From positions 4,576,001-4,640,000 of the forward strand of contig OZ253470.1 of the NCBI GenBank assembly GCA_965261735.1: a DNA stretch of 64,000 bases, in the 5' to 3' direction. This document shows positions 18,457-31,598 of this stretch, one piece after another; position 1 is the first letter of the stretch, and every line of letters begins with the position of its first letter. Under the pieces are notes generated by a model, which saw only the letters and a program-made list of their open reading frames with translations, was not told the DNA's origin and searched no databases. This DNA is from Alphaproteobacteria bacterium. GTDB lineage: Bacteria > Pseudomonadota > Alphaproteobacteria > SHVV01. A program made the translations under genes and the position numbers.

Positions 18457-19572
18457 ATGGCAGGAGTCCAGATCTGTGGTGTCCGCAAGGTTTATGCGAG
18501 CACCGAAGCAATCCGCGGAGTCGACATCACCATGGAGGACGGCTCGTTCGTCGTTCTCGTTGGGCCATCGGGATGCGGCAAGTCAACCCTTCTGCGCATG
18601 ATTGCCGGCCTCGAGGATGTCAGCGCGGGCGAGATACGGATCGGCAATCGCGTCGTCAACGACGTGCCGCCGAAGGAGCGCGACATCGCCATGGTATTCC
18701 AGAGCTACGCGCTCTACCCGCACATGAGGGTTTACGACAACATGGCGTTCGGCCTAAGGCTGCGGGGCGTAGCAGGCGCCGAGATCGCGCGCCGCGTCGA
18801 GCGCGCTGCTGGCATTCTCGGTCTTTCCGAGCTGCTCGAGCGCTACCCCCGGGAGCTGTCCGGAGGCCAGCGCCAGCGCGTGGCCATGGGCCGCGCGATC
18901 GTGCGCGATCCGCAGGTCTTCCTGTTCGACGAACCACTCAGCAACCTCGATGCCAAGCTGCGTGCGCAGATGCGCACCGAGATCAAAGAGCTGCATCAAC
19001 GCCTCGGCACGACGTCGATCTACGTCACCCATGACCAGGTCGAGGCCATGACGATGGGCCAGAAGGTCGTCGTCCTGCGCGACGGCGCGGTGGCCCAGAT
19101 CGGCGAGCCGCTGGAGGTCTACGACCGCCCTGCCAACCTTTTCGTGGCCGGCTTCATCGGTTCTCCAGGCATGAACCTCGTCGAGGGCCGGGTGCGCGCC
19201 AACGGGCAGCCCGCCGCCGTCGTGGCGAGCGACGGCACCGCCTTTCCGCTACCGGCGGCAACGGCGGTGGCCGATGGCACCCGAGTCGTCTACGGCATTC
19301 GCCCCGAGCACCTGACGCTGGAACCGGACGGCGGCCTTGATGCTACCGTCCGGGTCGTCGAGCCCACGGGCATGGAGGAGTTGGTCGTTTGCACGATCGC
19401 CCGTCAGGATTTCAAGGCGGTCTTTCGCGAACGGTACGGGTTTCGCGCGGGAACGACGATCCGGCTCAGCCCCCGGATGTCCCACATCCATCTCTTCGAC
19501 GCCACCAGTGGGGCGCGCATCGCCGGCGACCGGCCCCAGCGCGGCACAGTCGACAACGGGAGGGCATCATGA
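18457..19572 (+). CDS. carbohydrate ABC transporter ATP-binding protein (MalK/UgpC-like)
   Basis: GPSGCGKST, VFQSYALYPH, LSGGQRQR, DEPLSNLD and a C-terminal TOBE domain. Confidence 0.95.
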   Translation: MAGVQICGVRKVYASTEAIRGVDITMEDGSFVVLVGPSGCGKSTLLRMIAGLEDVSAGEIRIGNRVVNDVPPKERDIAMVFQSYALYPHMRVYDNMAFGLRLRGVAGAEIARRVERAAGILGLSELLERYPRELSGGQRQRVAMGRAIVRDPQVFLFDEPLSNLDAKLRAQMRTEIKELHQRLGTTSIYVTHDQVEAMTMGQKVVVLRDGAVAQIGEPLEVYDRPANLFVAGFIGSPGMNLVEGRVRANGQPAAVVASDGTAFPLPAATAVADGTRVVYGIRPEHLTLEPDGGLDATVRVVEPTGMEELVVCTIARQDFKAVFRERYGFRAGTTIRLSPRMSHIHLFDATSGARIAGDRPQRGTVDNGRAS

Positions 19573-20858
19573 CAGGGAAGGTGATCCGTGGCAGCCGTCT
19601 GGCCGCCGTGGCCGCGGTGGTCATCGGCGCCGCGTCGGCGGCACAAGCGCAGCAGGTGGTTTCGGTCCTGACCACGTTCGGCGGCGCCGAGCTCGACGCC
19701 TACCGCATCGTCACGGATCGCTTCACCGATCTCACCGGCCACGTCGTGACCATCGAGAGCACACGAGATTCGATCAACGTGTTGCGCATCCGCGTCGCGA
19801 GCGGCGGCCCGCCCGATCTTGCGCTCATCGCTCAACCCGGTGTCGTGGCCGAGTACGCCCGTGCCGGCCACCTGGTGCCGCTCGTCAAGGTGGACGGCAG
19901 CCCCGGGCTCCTCTCCGCCGGCGTCCTGACCAATAACTACAATCCCGGGATCGTCGACCTCGGCAGGGTGGACGGCGCGGTTTACGGAATCCTCGCCAAG
20001 GCCAACTCGAAGACCACCGTTTGGTACAAGCCTGCTTCATTCCGGGCGCACGGGATCGAGCCGCCGCGCACGTGGGACGAGATGCTGGCCGTCCAGGACG
20101 ATTACGCCCGCGCGGGGAAGACACCGTGGAGCATCGGCGGATCGGACGCGTGGACGCTGACCGATTGGTTTGAGAACATCTACGTACGCATCGCCGGACC
20201 CGAAATGTACCGCAAACTGTTCGTGACCCACGAGGTGCCGTGGACCGACCCTTCGGTCGTCGCCGCGATGAGCGCCTTCCGCCGGATCATCGATCCCCCT
20301 TCGAACCTGGCGGGGGGCGTTGACGGAACCCTCTCCACCGGCTTCATCTCGGCGGCGAACATCGTCTTTCGGCCCAACAACGCCGGCGCGAAGATGTACT
20401 ATGAAGGCGGCTTCATGGGCGGAATCATCGCCAAGAACTTCCCGTCGCTAAAGCCGGTCGAGGACTTCAACGCCTTCCTGTTCCCACAGATCGACGAGCG
20501 CTGGGGTGCCCCGGTGGTCGGCGGCGGCGACCTTCTGGTCGCGTTCGCCGACCGGCCCGAGGTCGCCGAGTTCCTCCACTTTTCGGCTGGCGCCGAGGCC
20601 AACACCCTTTGGGCGGAAACCGGTTTCATCGTCTCGCCTAACAAGAACGTCGATCTTGCGGTCTACAGCCCGCTCGGCAGGATCGACGCGGCCCAGGTCG
20701 CGAATGCCAAGATCTTCGTCTTCGACGGCTCCGATCTCGCGCCTACGGCGCTGGGAAGCGACGCGTTGTTCGTCGGGCTCCAGGACTTCGTTGCCGAGCC
20801 TGAGCGGCTGATGGACGTGCTCGCCGAGCTCGAAAAGATCGCGGCGCGGACGTACTAG
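19569..20858 (+). CDS. carbohydrate ABC transporter substrate-binding protein (AglE-like)
   Basis: Signal peptide ending AQA; PPDLALIAQPG, WTLTDWFE, VVGGGD and FDGSDLAP. Confidence 0.88.
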   Translation: MTGKVIRGSRLAAVAAVVIGAASAAQAQQVVSVLTTFGGAELDAYRIVTDRFTDLTGHVVTIESTRDSINVLRIRVASGGPPDLALIAQPGVVAEYARAGHLVPLVKVDGSPGLLSAGVLTNNYNPGIVDLGRVDGAVYGILAKANSKTTVWYKPASFRAHGIEPPRTWDEMLAVQDDYARAGKTPWSIGGSDAWTLTDWFENIYVRIAGPEMYRKLFVTHEVPWTDPSVVAAMSAFRRIIDPPSNLAGGVDGTLSTGFISAANIVFRPNNAGAKMYYEGGFMGGIIAKNFPSLKPVEDFNAFLFPQIDERWGAPVVGGGDLLVAFADRPEVAEFLHFSAGAEANTLWAETGFIVSPNKNVDLAVYSPLGRIDAAQVANAKIFVFDGSDLAPTALGSDALFVGLQDFVAEPERLMDVLAELEKIAARTY

Positions 20859-20887
20859 GGGCACCGGGCGCCGGGACAAGGAGGGCC

Positions 20888-21781
20888 ATGCGTAAGGGCG
20901 CCGGTTGGTTGTTCGTCCTGCCCGCCGTCGTTTTCGTGGCGGTGTTCATCGTCTTTCCTACGCTGCAGACGATTCGGCTGAGCTTCGACACAGGCGCTAA
21001 TTTCTCGCCCACTGAGTTCGTGGGGCTCCGGAACTACGTCGACCTGTTCGCCCACGATCGCCTGTTTCTCGACTTCCGCCGCGGCTGGCCGACGGGAGCG
21101 CTGCCCAACACGGTGCTTTGGCTCGTGTTGTTCGTCGCCGGCACTCTGGGATTTGGGCTGCTCACCGCGGTTCTCAGCGATTCGGTGCGCTACGGGCAGT
21201 TCGTGAAGACCATCGTCTTCATCCCGATGGCGATCTCGTTCACCGCCACGGGCGTCATCTGGCGCTTCGTTTACAGTCTGGACCCGAGCGTTGGCGCGCT
21301 CAACGCCGCACTCGCCTCGGCCGTCCCTGGCTTCGAGCCCATCGCCTGGCTGGGGCGGACGGGGTTGGCCAACTTCGCCCTCATCGCCGCCGCCGTCTGG
21401 ATATGGACGGGATTCTGCATGGTGGTCCTGTCCGCCGCCTTGCGCGGGCTCGATGAGGAGATGCTGGATGCGGCGCGCATTGACGGCGCTTCGCCGTGGC
21501 AGATCTTCTGGCGGATCAAGGTTCCGCTGATCTGGCCCACCGTGCTTGTGGTCATGATCACGATGGTCATTACCGTGCTCAAGGTCTTTGACCTCGTCCT
21601 CATCATGACGCAGGGCGGACCGCGCGGTTCCACGCGCATTCTCGGTTTCAGCGTGTTCTGGGAAGCGTTCACCAACTTCAGGCCCGGCTACGGCAGTGCC
21701 ATCGCGGTCGTCATGCTTATCCTCGTGTTGCCGTTCGTGGCCTTCAACATTCGGCGCTTTCGCGAGGAGGAGCGGAGGTGA
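20888..21781 (+). CDS. carbohydrate ABC transporter permease
   Basis: Multiple TM helices; EAA-like loop DAARIDGAS. Confidence 0.93.
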   Translation: MRKGAGWLFVLPAVVFVAVFIVFPTLQTIRLSFDTGANFSPTEFVGLRNYVDLFAHDRLFLDFRRGWPTGALPNTVLWLVLFVAGTLGFGLLTAVLSDSVRYGQFVKTIVFIPMAISFTATGVIWRFVYSLDPSVGALNAALASAVPGFEPIAWLGRTGLANFALIAAAVWIWTGFCMVVLSAALRGLDEEMLDAARIDGASPWQIFWRIKVPLIWPTVLVVMITMVITVLKVFDLVLIMTQGGPRGSTRILGFSVFWEAFTNFRPGYGSAIAVVMLILVLPFVAFNIRRFREEERR

Positions 21782-22614
21782 TGGCGCGCACCCTCGCTTC
21801 ACGCCTTGCCGTTCACTGTGTGCTCGCGGCGATCACCCTGGTGTGGCTCTTGCCCACGGTCGGGCTCCTGGTCACCTCGTTGCGGCCGCGTGGCGCGATC
21901 TCTGCGTCGGGTTGGTGGACCGTGATGCCCGCTGAAATCACGCTGCAGAATTACACTCACGTCCTCTCGGCGCAGGGGATGGGCGCCGCATTCTGGAACA
22001 GCACCCTGATCGCGGTACCGGCCACGATTCTCACCGTCGCCGTGGCGGCCCTTGCGGCCTACGGCTTTGCTTGGGGCCGGTTCCGCGGGCGGGATTGGCT
22101 GTTCCTGTTCGTCATCGCCATGCTCGTCGTGCCACCCCAAACTCTCCTCGTTCCGGTGCTGCGGATGGCCAATATCAGCGGGCTCTCGGGAACATACCTG
22201 GGGATATGGCTTACCCACGTCGGCCTCGGCCTGCCGCTCGGCATTTTTCTCTTGCGCAACTTCTACGCGGCCTTGCCGGGTGAGCTTGTCGAGGCGGCCC
22301 GGGTCGACGGCGCCACCTCCTGGCAGGTCTTCACGCGGGTCCTGCTGCCGCTTTCCGTGCCAGGCCTCGCCTCGCTCGCGATCTTTCAGTTCCTGTGGGT
22401 GTGGAACGACTTGCTGGTGGCCCTCGTGCTCATGAACGACCCGGGCCTGCAGCCGATGACGGTGCGCATTCAGGCGCTGCTCGGCACGTACGCGACCGAG
22501 TGGGACGTCATGAGCGCCGCCGCCTTTATCTCGATGGCGGTGCCGCTCGCCGTATTCTTCGCGCTACAGCGCTACTTCGTCACCGGAATCACGGCCGGGG
22601 CGGTGAAGGCCTGA
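21778..22614 (+). CDS. carbohydrate ABC transporter permease
   Basis: EAARVDGAT, FLWVWNDL and C-terminal GAVK. Confidence 0.93.
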   Translation: MMARTLASRLAVHCVLAAITLVWLLPTVGLLVTSLRPRGAISASGWWTVMPAEITLQNYTHVLSAQGMGAAFWNSTLIAVPATILTVAVAALAAYGFAWGRFRGRDWLFLFVIAMLVVPPQTLLVPVLRMANISGLSGTYLGIWLTHVGLGLPLGIFLLRNFYAALPGELVEAARVDGATSWQVFTRVLLPLSVPGLASLAIFQFLWVWNDLLVALVLMNDPGLQPMTVRIQALLGTYATEWDVMSAAAFISMAVPLAVFFALQRYFVTGITAGAVKA

Positions 22615-22690
22615 TCTGGCGCCAGCCCCCCATGAGGCCGATCGAGCTGTTCGGGTGTGGCGGGTGCTGCGCGCTTGGCGAATTTCGATA

Positions 22691-25913
<3,223 letters not shown>

Positions 25914-25916
25914 CGC

Positions 25917-25962
25917 GCACCAAGGCGCCAGCCTCGCGAGTGCGGGGCGGGCTCCTTGGTGC
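25917..25962. terminator. long GC-rich hairpin between convergent genes (probable bidirectional terminator)
   Basis: GCACCAAGG-c-GCC-a-GCCTCGC-gagt-GCGGGGC-g-GGC-t-CCTTGGTGC; no U-tract. Confidence 0.55.
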
Positions 25963-25973
25963 CGTAGGGCCCT

Positions 25974-27245
25974 CTACTCGGCTGCCTGGGAGTTCGTGGG
26001 GTTGCGCGGGTCGTCGATCCACGACACGTAGGACTTGCCGTTGTCGACCTGCTCCATCGTCACGCAGCCCTCGACCGGGCAGACGAGCGCACAGAGGTTG
26101 CAGCCCACGCATTCCGGGTCGATCACCTCGTAGCGGCGCAATCCGTTCTCACGCGTGGCTCGGATCGCCTGGTGCACCGTGTCCTCACAGGCGATGTGGC
26201 AGAGACCACACTTGATACAGGTATCCTGATCGATGCGGGCGACGATTTCGTAGTTGAGGTCGAGGTTCTCCCAGTTGAGGTAGTTGGGTACGGCCGCGCC
26301 GCGGAATCCGTCGAGCGTGGCGTGCCCCTTCTGGTCCATCCAGTTGCCGAGCCCGTCGATCATGTCCTCGACGATCTTGAAGCCGTAGTGCATGGCCGCG
26401 GTGCAGACCTGCACCGTGCCGCAGCCGAGCGCAATGAACTCGGCCGCATCGCGCCAAGTCCCGACGCCGCCGATGCCGGAAACGGGAAGGCCCGCGAGAT
26501 CCGGCTCGCGCGCGATGTCGCCGACCATGCGCAGCGCGATGGGGCGCACCGCTGGGCCGCAATAGCCGCCGTGGCTTCCCTTGCCGTTGACGCTCGGCAG
26601 CGGCGACATGGTGTCGAGATCGACACCTATGATCGAGGCCACCGTGTTGATGAGTGAAACCGAATCCGCGCCGCCTTCGTGAGCCGCCCGCGCCGTCGCG
26701 AGAATGCTGGTGACGTTGGGCGTCAGTTTGACGATCACAGGCATCCGCGTGTGCGCCTTGGCCCAGCGCGTGACCATCTCGACGTACTCCGGCACCTGGC
26801 CGACGGCGGCGCCCATGCCGCGCTCCGACATGCCGTGCGGGCAGCCGAAGTTGAGCTCGACGCCGTCGGCGCCGGTATCCTCCACCTCCTTGAGGATAGC
26901 CTTCCAGTCCGCCTCGGTGCACGGCACCATCAACGAGACGACAACGGCGCGGTCGGGCCAGTCGCGCTTGACCTGCTTGACCTCGCGCAGATTGACGTCG
27001 ATGGGGCGGTCGGTGATGAGCTCGATGTTGGTAAAACCAGCGACACGGGCTTGATTGAAGTCGGTGGCGCCATAGCGCGACGCGGTGTTGATGATGGGGT
27101 CGCCGACCGTCTTCCACACCACGCCGCCCCATCCGGCCTTGAAAGCCCGGGCGACGTTGTATTCCTTGTCGGTGGGCGGCCCGGAGGCGAGCCAGAACGG
27201 GTTCGGCGACTTGATGCCGGCGAATGTGGTCCTTAGATCAGCCAT
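25974..27245 (-). CDS. preA: NAD-dependent dihydropyrimidine dehydrogenase subunit PreA
   Basis: NPFWLAS, ELNFGCPHGMSERGMG, VKLTPN and two C-terminal 4Fe-4S motifs. Confidence 0.96.
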   Translation of the reverse strand: MADLRTTFAGIKSPNPFWLASGPPTDKEYNVARAFKAGWGGVVWKTVGDPIINTASRYGATDFNQARVAGFTNIELITDRPIDVNLREVKQVKRDWPDRAVVVSLMVPCTEADWKAILKEVEDTGADGVELNFGCPHGMSERGMGAAVGQVPEYVEMVTRWAKAHTRMPVIVKLTPNVTSILATARAAHEGGADSVSLINTVASIIGVDLDTMSPLPSVNGKGSHGGYCGPAVRPIALRMVGDIAREPDLAGLPVSGIGGVGTWRDAAEFIALGCGTVQVCTAAMHYGFKIVEDMIDGLGNWMDQKGHATLDGFRGAAVPNYLNWENLDLNYEIVARIDQDTCIKCGLCHIACEDTVHQAIRATRENGLRRYEVIDPECVGCNLCALVCPVEGCVTMEQVDNGKSYVSWIDDPRNPTNSQAAE

Positions 27246-28605
27246 GTTGGTTTCCTCGCACGCTCGTGCGCAAGTAGCGGTCCATGGCGAGGGCGGCGAC
27301 CTTGCCGTCCTGGACCGCCTGAACCGTCAGGTCCTCGCCGGCCACACAATCGCCGCCGGCATAGACCCCGGGCAGCGAGGTGGCGCCCTCGCCGTCGACC
27401 TCGATGCGTCCGCCGGAGAGCTCCAGCGCTTGGCCGTCTCCCGAAACGGGGTCGCCGACGAACACCTGCCCGATCGCCGTGAACACCATGTCGGCGGGTA
27501 GCGTGAACGTCTCGCCCGTGCCTTCGAGGGGCCCGCCCTCGGCCTGGCGCGTATACTCGAACTCGGCGGCAACGACATCGCCGTTGCCGCCGATCAGGCG
27601 CTTGGGCTGGGCCCAGTGCTTGATCTTGACCCCGGCCGTCTGAGCGAACTCCTGCTCGCGGACCGTCGCGCCCATGGCCGACGGTCCGCGGCGGTAGACG
27701 ATGGTGACGTCCTCGGCGCCGAGGTAGCGCGTCTGTGCGGCGATGTCGATTGCCGTATTGCCACCGCCGATGATGACGATGCGCCGCCCCACCGGAAGGG
27801 CGCCCACGTCCGCCGCCTGGCGCAGATCGGCGATGAAATCGACCGCCGGGGTGACGCCGCGAAGGCCCAGGCCCTCGGCTTCGAGAGCAGCTACGCCGCC
27901 AAGGCCGATGCCGATGAAGACGGCATCGTAGTTGCGGCGCAAGTCACCCAGCTGCAGGTCATGCCCGAGCGCCTTGCCGTAACGCACGTCGATTCCGCCG
28001 ACGCCAAGGATGAATGCCGCTTCCGCTTGTGCGAAATCGTTCGGCACTTTATAGGCCGCGATGCCGTACTCGTTGAGCCCGCCCGGTTTCAGTCTGGCCT
28101 CGAACACCGTGACCGCATGGCCGAAACGCGCGAGACGATGCGCCGCGGCGAGGCCGGCCGGGCCCGCGCCCACGACCGCAACAGTCATGCCCGCGTCCTC
28201 GCCGCGGGTAAAGGGCTGCTCGCCGGTGGCATAGAGCCAGTCGGTCGCGTAGCGCTGCAGCAGACCGATGTGCACGGGTTTGCCCTCCTGTGCCGTGCGT
28301 ACGCAGGCTTGCTCGCACAAGACCTCGGTCGGGCACACCCGCGCGCAGGCGCCGCCGAAGATGTTGGGCTCCAATATGTCGAGCGCGGCGCCCCGCGGAT
28401 TATCGGTCGAAATCTTGCGGATGAAACTCGGGATGTCGATTGCGGTCGGACAAGCGTCGATGCACGGCGCGTCGAAGCAGAAATAGCAGCGCGCCGCGTC
28501 GATCAGCGCGCCCGGGCGATCGAGCGGCGGTTTCGATTCGTCGAACGCGGCCCGGTAGTCGGCTTCGCTACGGCGCCTGGACGCAACATCGGGACCGCCC
28601 ATCAT
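27238..28605 (-). CDS. preT: dihydropyrimidine dehydrogenase subunit PreT (GltD-like flavoprotein)
   Basis: RCYFCFDAPC, CARVCP, GAGPAG and GGGNTAID; overlaps the preA start. Confidence 0.9.
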   Translation of the reverse strand: MMGGPDVASRRRSEADYRAAFDESKPPLDRPGALIDAARCYFCFDAPCIDACPTAIDIPSFIRKISTDNPRGAALDILEPNIFGGACARVCPTEVLCEQACVRTAQEGKPVHIGLLQRYATDWLYATGEQPFTRGEDAGMTVAVVGAGPAGLAAAHRLARFGHAVTVFEARLKPGGLNEYGIAAYKVPNDFAQAEAAFILGVGGIDVRYGKALGHDLQLGDLRRNYDAVFIGIGLGGVAALEAEGLGLRGVTPAVDFIADLRQAADVGALPVGRRIVIIGGGNTAIDIAAQTRYLGAEDVTIVYRRGPSAMGATVREQEFAQTAGVKIKHWAQPKRLIGGNGDVVAAEFEYTRQAEGGPLEGTGETFTLPADMVFTAIGQVFVGDPVSGDGQALELSGGRIEVDGEGATSLPGVYAGGDCVAGEDLTVQAVQDGKVAALAMDRYLRTSVRGNQHG

Positions 28606-28608
28606 AGC

Positions 28609-29478
28609 TTATTTGCCGAGGTCGGTCAGGTCGCCGTATGTCTCGGGCCGGCGGTCGCGGTAGAACTGCCACAGATTGCGGATCTCGCGCACCTCCTCGA
28701 GGTCCATGTCCGCGGTCACCAGCTCGTCGTCGTCCTGGCCGGCCTGGGCGATGATCTTGCCGCGCGGATTGACGACGTAGGACGAGCCGTAGAAGCGGCC
28801 GATGTTCCAGGGTGCCTCCTCGCCGACCCTGTTGATGGCACCTATGAAGACGCCGTTGGCGACGGCGGCCGCGGGTTGCTCGAGCTCCCATAAATAGCGG
28901 CTTAGCCCTTCCACGGTCGCCGAGGGGTTGACGATGTACTCGGCACCGTTCAGCGCCAGCGCGCGCCAGCCCTCGGGGAAATGTCGGTCGTAGCAGGTGT
29001 AGACCCCGAGCTTCACGTACGCCGTGTCGAAGACAGGCCAGCCGCTGTTGCCGGCCTTGAAGAAGAACTTCTCGTAGAACCCGGCCACCTGCGGGAGGTG
29101 GGTCTTGCGGTATTTCCCGAGATAGGCGCCGTCGGCGTCGATCACCGCCGTCGTGTTGTAGTAGACCCCGATCATCTCCTCTTCGTAGATCGGCACCGCG
29201 ATGACCATGGAGTACCGCTTGGCGTAGTCCTGCATCAGCCTCACGGTCGCTCCGTCAGGTATCTTCTCGACCGCGGCGTACCACTTGGGATCCTGGCTCG
29301 GGCAGAAATAGGGCTGGGTGAAGATCTCCTGGAAGCACAGCACATGAACGCCCTTCGCGCCAGCCTCCTCGATCAACGGGATGTGCCCTTCGATCATCTT
29401 GTCGCATATCGCTTGCGGGCTTTGATCGGTGTCGGCCTTGAGCGACATCTGTATCAGTCCCGCTCTTACCGTTGCCAT
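28609..29478 (-). CDS. beta-ureidopropionase (nitrilase/CN-hydrolase family)
   Basis: FQEIF, YRKTH and CYDRHFPE (Glu-Lys-Cys triad); WQFYRDRRPETY; directly upstream of preT. Confidence 0.88.
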   Translation of the reverse strand: MATVRAGLIQMSLKADTDQSPQAICDKMIEGHIPLIEEAGAKGVHVLCFQEIFTQPYFCPSQDPKWYAAVEKIPDGATVRLMQDYAKRYSMVIAVPIYEEEMIGVYYNTTAVIDADGAYLGKYRKTHLPQVAGFYEKFFFKAGNSGWPVFDTAYVKLGVYTCYDRHFPEGWRALALNGAEYIVNPSATVEGLSRYLWELEQPAAAVANGVFIGAINRVGEEAPWNIGRFYGSSYVVNPRGKIIAQAGQDDDELVTADMDLEEVREIRNLWQFYRDRRPETYGDLTDLGK

Positions 29479-29697
29479 CCGCACCTCCTCGTCCGTTCCT
29501 ATGCCCGCTCGGCTCAAGAATGCGAAGAAGTGCTTCAGGAGTCGAGCCTGTTCGATCAACAAAAGGGCCTGGAAATCGGCGCACTCATCGCCACCTGTGA
29601 TGCCATCGGGGCGCGTGCCGCACGGGCCCGTGAGCATGATGCGCAACGCCGGGAGTGCTTGGCGCGGGGCGAGAATCGGCGCCTAATAGGACCGGCG

Positions 29698-31173
29698 ATG
29701 AACGACTCAAACCATAGCGATGTCGGGGGCACCCAAGAGTTTCGTGATGCGGACTCTGCCGTGGCGCGGATCACCGACATCTACGAGCGTAGCGCCAACA
29801 CGATTCGGGCCGCTTCCGAAGCCATATCAGGTGGTGGTGCTTTCCCCGCCGACGAGCTCGCGCGCTCATGCTACCCCTATCTCGGCATCGAGATCGGGGT
29901 AGGGAAAACGTCCACCGACTCGCGCGTTGCCTACGGCGCTCTCGCAGATCCCGGGGTCTATGGAACGACCCTCACCCGGCCCGACCTCTTCGCCGACTAC
30001 TACCGAAACCAGATAGAACTGCTGCTGTCGAATCATGGCGTGCCCGTCACGGTCGGCGAGAGCAAAACGCCTATCGCGCTGCCCTTCGTGGTCGAAGACA
30101 GCACGGCCGACATCACCCCCAAAGACATGCAGACGCTGCAGGGGGCCTTCCACCTGCCGGACCTGCGCACAATCGATGATGCCATCGCCAATGGAACCTA
30201 TACGCCCGGCCCCGGCGAGCCCAAGCCGCTGGCGCTCTTCACGGCACCGAGGGTGGACTACTCGCTGCACCGGCTAGGTCACTATACCGGGACCTCGCCA
30301 ACCTACTTTCAGCGCTTCGTGTTGTTCACGAACTATGAGCGCTACGTCGACGAATTCATCGCCTACGGCCACGATGCCGTACGCGAGGGCGATGATTACA
30401 GCGCGTTCGTTGGACCGGGTGACGTGGTCGTGGCGAACCCCCGGCGCGGCGACATCAAATCCTCGGGCGTGGCGCCGCAGCACCTGCCGCAGATGCCGGC
30501 CTACCACCTGGTGCGGGACGACGGTCTGGGGGTCACGCTGGTCAACATCGGCGTCGGACCGAGCAACGCCAAGACGGCGACCGACCATATTGCCGTTCTT
30601 CGTCCCCACGCCTGGTTCATGCTCGGCCATTGCGCGGGCCTTCGCCGCAGCCAGCGCCTAGGCGACTATGTGCTGGCTCACGGATACGTCCGCGAGGACC
30701 GCGTTTTGTACCAGGAGCTTCCGATCTGGGCGCCCGTACCGCCGATCGCGGAAATCCAGGTCGCGCTACAGGAAGCGGTGGCTCGAGTTACCGGCTTGCG
30801 CGGTATGGACCTCAAGACTCGGATGCGTACCGGCACCGTCGCCAGCACCGACAACCGCAACTGGGAACTGCGCTACGAGGAGCTGTTCCGCCGCCTCAAC
30901 CAGGCGAGGACGATCGCGGTCGATATGGAATCGGCGACGGTTGCCGCCAACGGCTTCCGCTTTCGTGTTCCCTACGGGACGCTGCTCTGTGTTTCCGACA
31001 AGCCGGCCCACGGCGAAATCAAGATGCGGTCCATGGCCAACGTCATGTACCGTGAAAGCATCAGTCAGCATCTGCGGATAGGACTTGAAGCCATCACGAT
31101 TCTGCGCGATGGCGGTGTTCACCAGGTTCATTCGCGCAAGCTGCGTAGCTTCGACGAGCCCCCTTTCCGCTAG
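29698..31173 (+). CDS. amn: AMP nucleosidase
   Basis: LFTNY, PQMPAYHL, NIGVGPSNAKT, DMESAT, VSDKPAHGE and HSRKLRSFDEPPFR. Confidence 0.96.
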   Translation: MNDSNHSDVGGTQEFRDADSAVARITDIYERSANTIRAASEAISGGGAFPADELARSCYPYLGIEIGVGKTSTDSRVAYGALADPGVYGTTLTRPDLFADYYRNQIELLLSNHGVPVTVGESKTPIALPFVVEDSTADITPKDMQTLQGAFHLPDLRTIDDAIANGTYTPGPGEPKPLALFTAPRVDYSLHRLGHYTGTSPTYFQRFVLFTNYERYVDEFIAYGHDAVREGDDYSAFVGPGDVVVANPRRGDIKSSGVAPQHLPQMPAYHLVRDDGLGVTLVNIGVGPSNAKTATDHIAVLRPHAWFMLGHCAGLRRSQRLGDYVLAHGYVREDRVLYQELPIWAPVPPIAEIQVALQEAVARVTGLRGMDLKTRMRTGTVASTDNRNWELRYEELFRRLNQARTIAVDMESATVAANGFRFRVPYGTLLCVSDKPAHGEIKMRSMANVMYRESISQHLRIGLEAITILRDGGVHQVHSRKLRSFDEPPFR

Positions 31174-31196
31174 CCGCGGACGCCCCGATACAAAGG

Positions 31197-31598
31197 ATGA
31201 CCATGCTGGATGACATGATCGCCAGGGCGGCCGCGGTGCGCGAGAACGCTTACGCCCCCTACTCGGATTTCAAGGTCGGCGCCTGTCTACGCGCCGAATC
31301 AGGAGCGCTCTACGTCGGCGCCAATGTTGAAAACGCGGCCTACCCCGAGGGTCAGTGTGCCGAGGCCTCGGCGATCGGCAGCATGATCGCGGGCGGCGAT
31401 GCCCGCATCGTCGAGGTGGTCGTCATCGGCGCCGGCGACGCGCTATGTACACCGTGCGGCGGGTGCCGGCAGCGGCTCAGCGAGTTTGCGGCACCCGACA
31501 CGACTGTTCATGTCTGTGGACCCGAGGGCTTGCGCCGCTCCTTCAAGCTCGGTGAGCTTCTCGCCAGCGCCTTCGGCCCCGGCAATCTCGGGCGATGA
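31197..31598 (+). CDS. cdd: cytidine deaminase
   Basis: AYAPYS, NVENAAY, CAE and PCGGCRQ. Confidence 0.96.
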   Translation: MTMLDDMIARAAAVRENAYAPYSDFKVGACLRAESGALYVGANVENAAYPEGQCAEASAIGSMIAGGDARIVEVVVIGAGDALCTPCGGCRQRLSEFAAPDTTVHVCGPEGLRRSFKLGELLASAFGPGNLGR

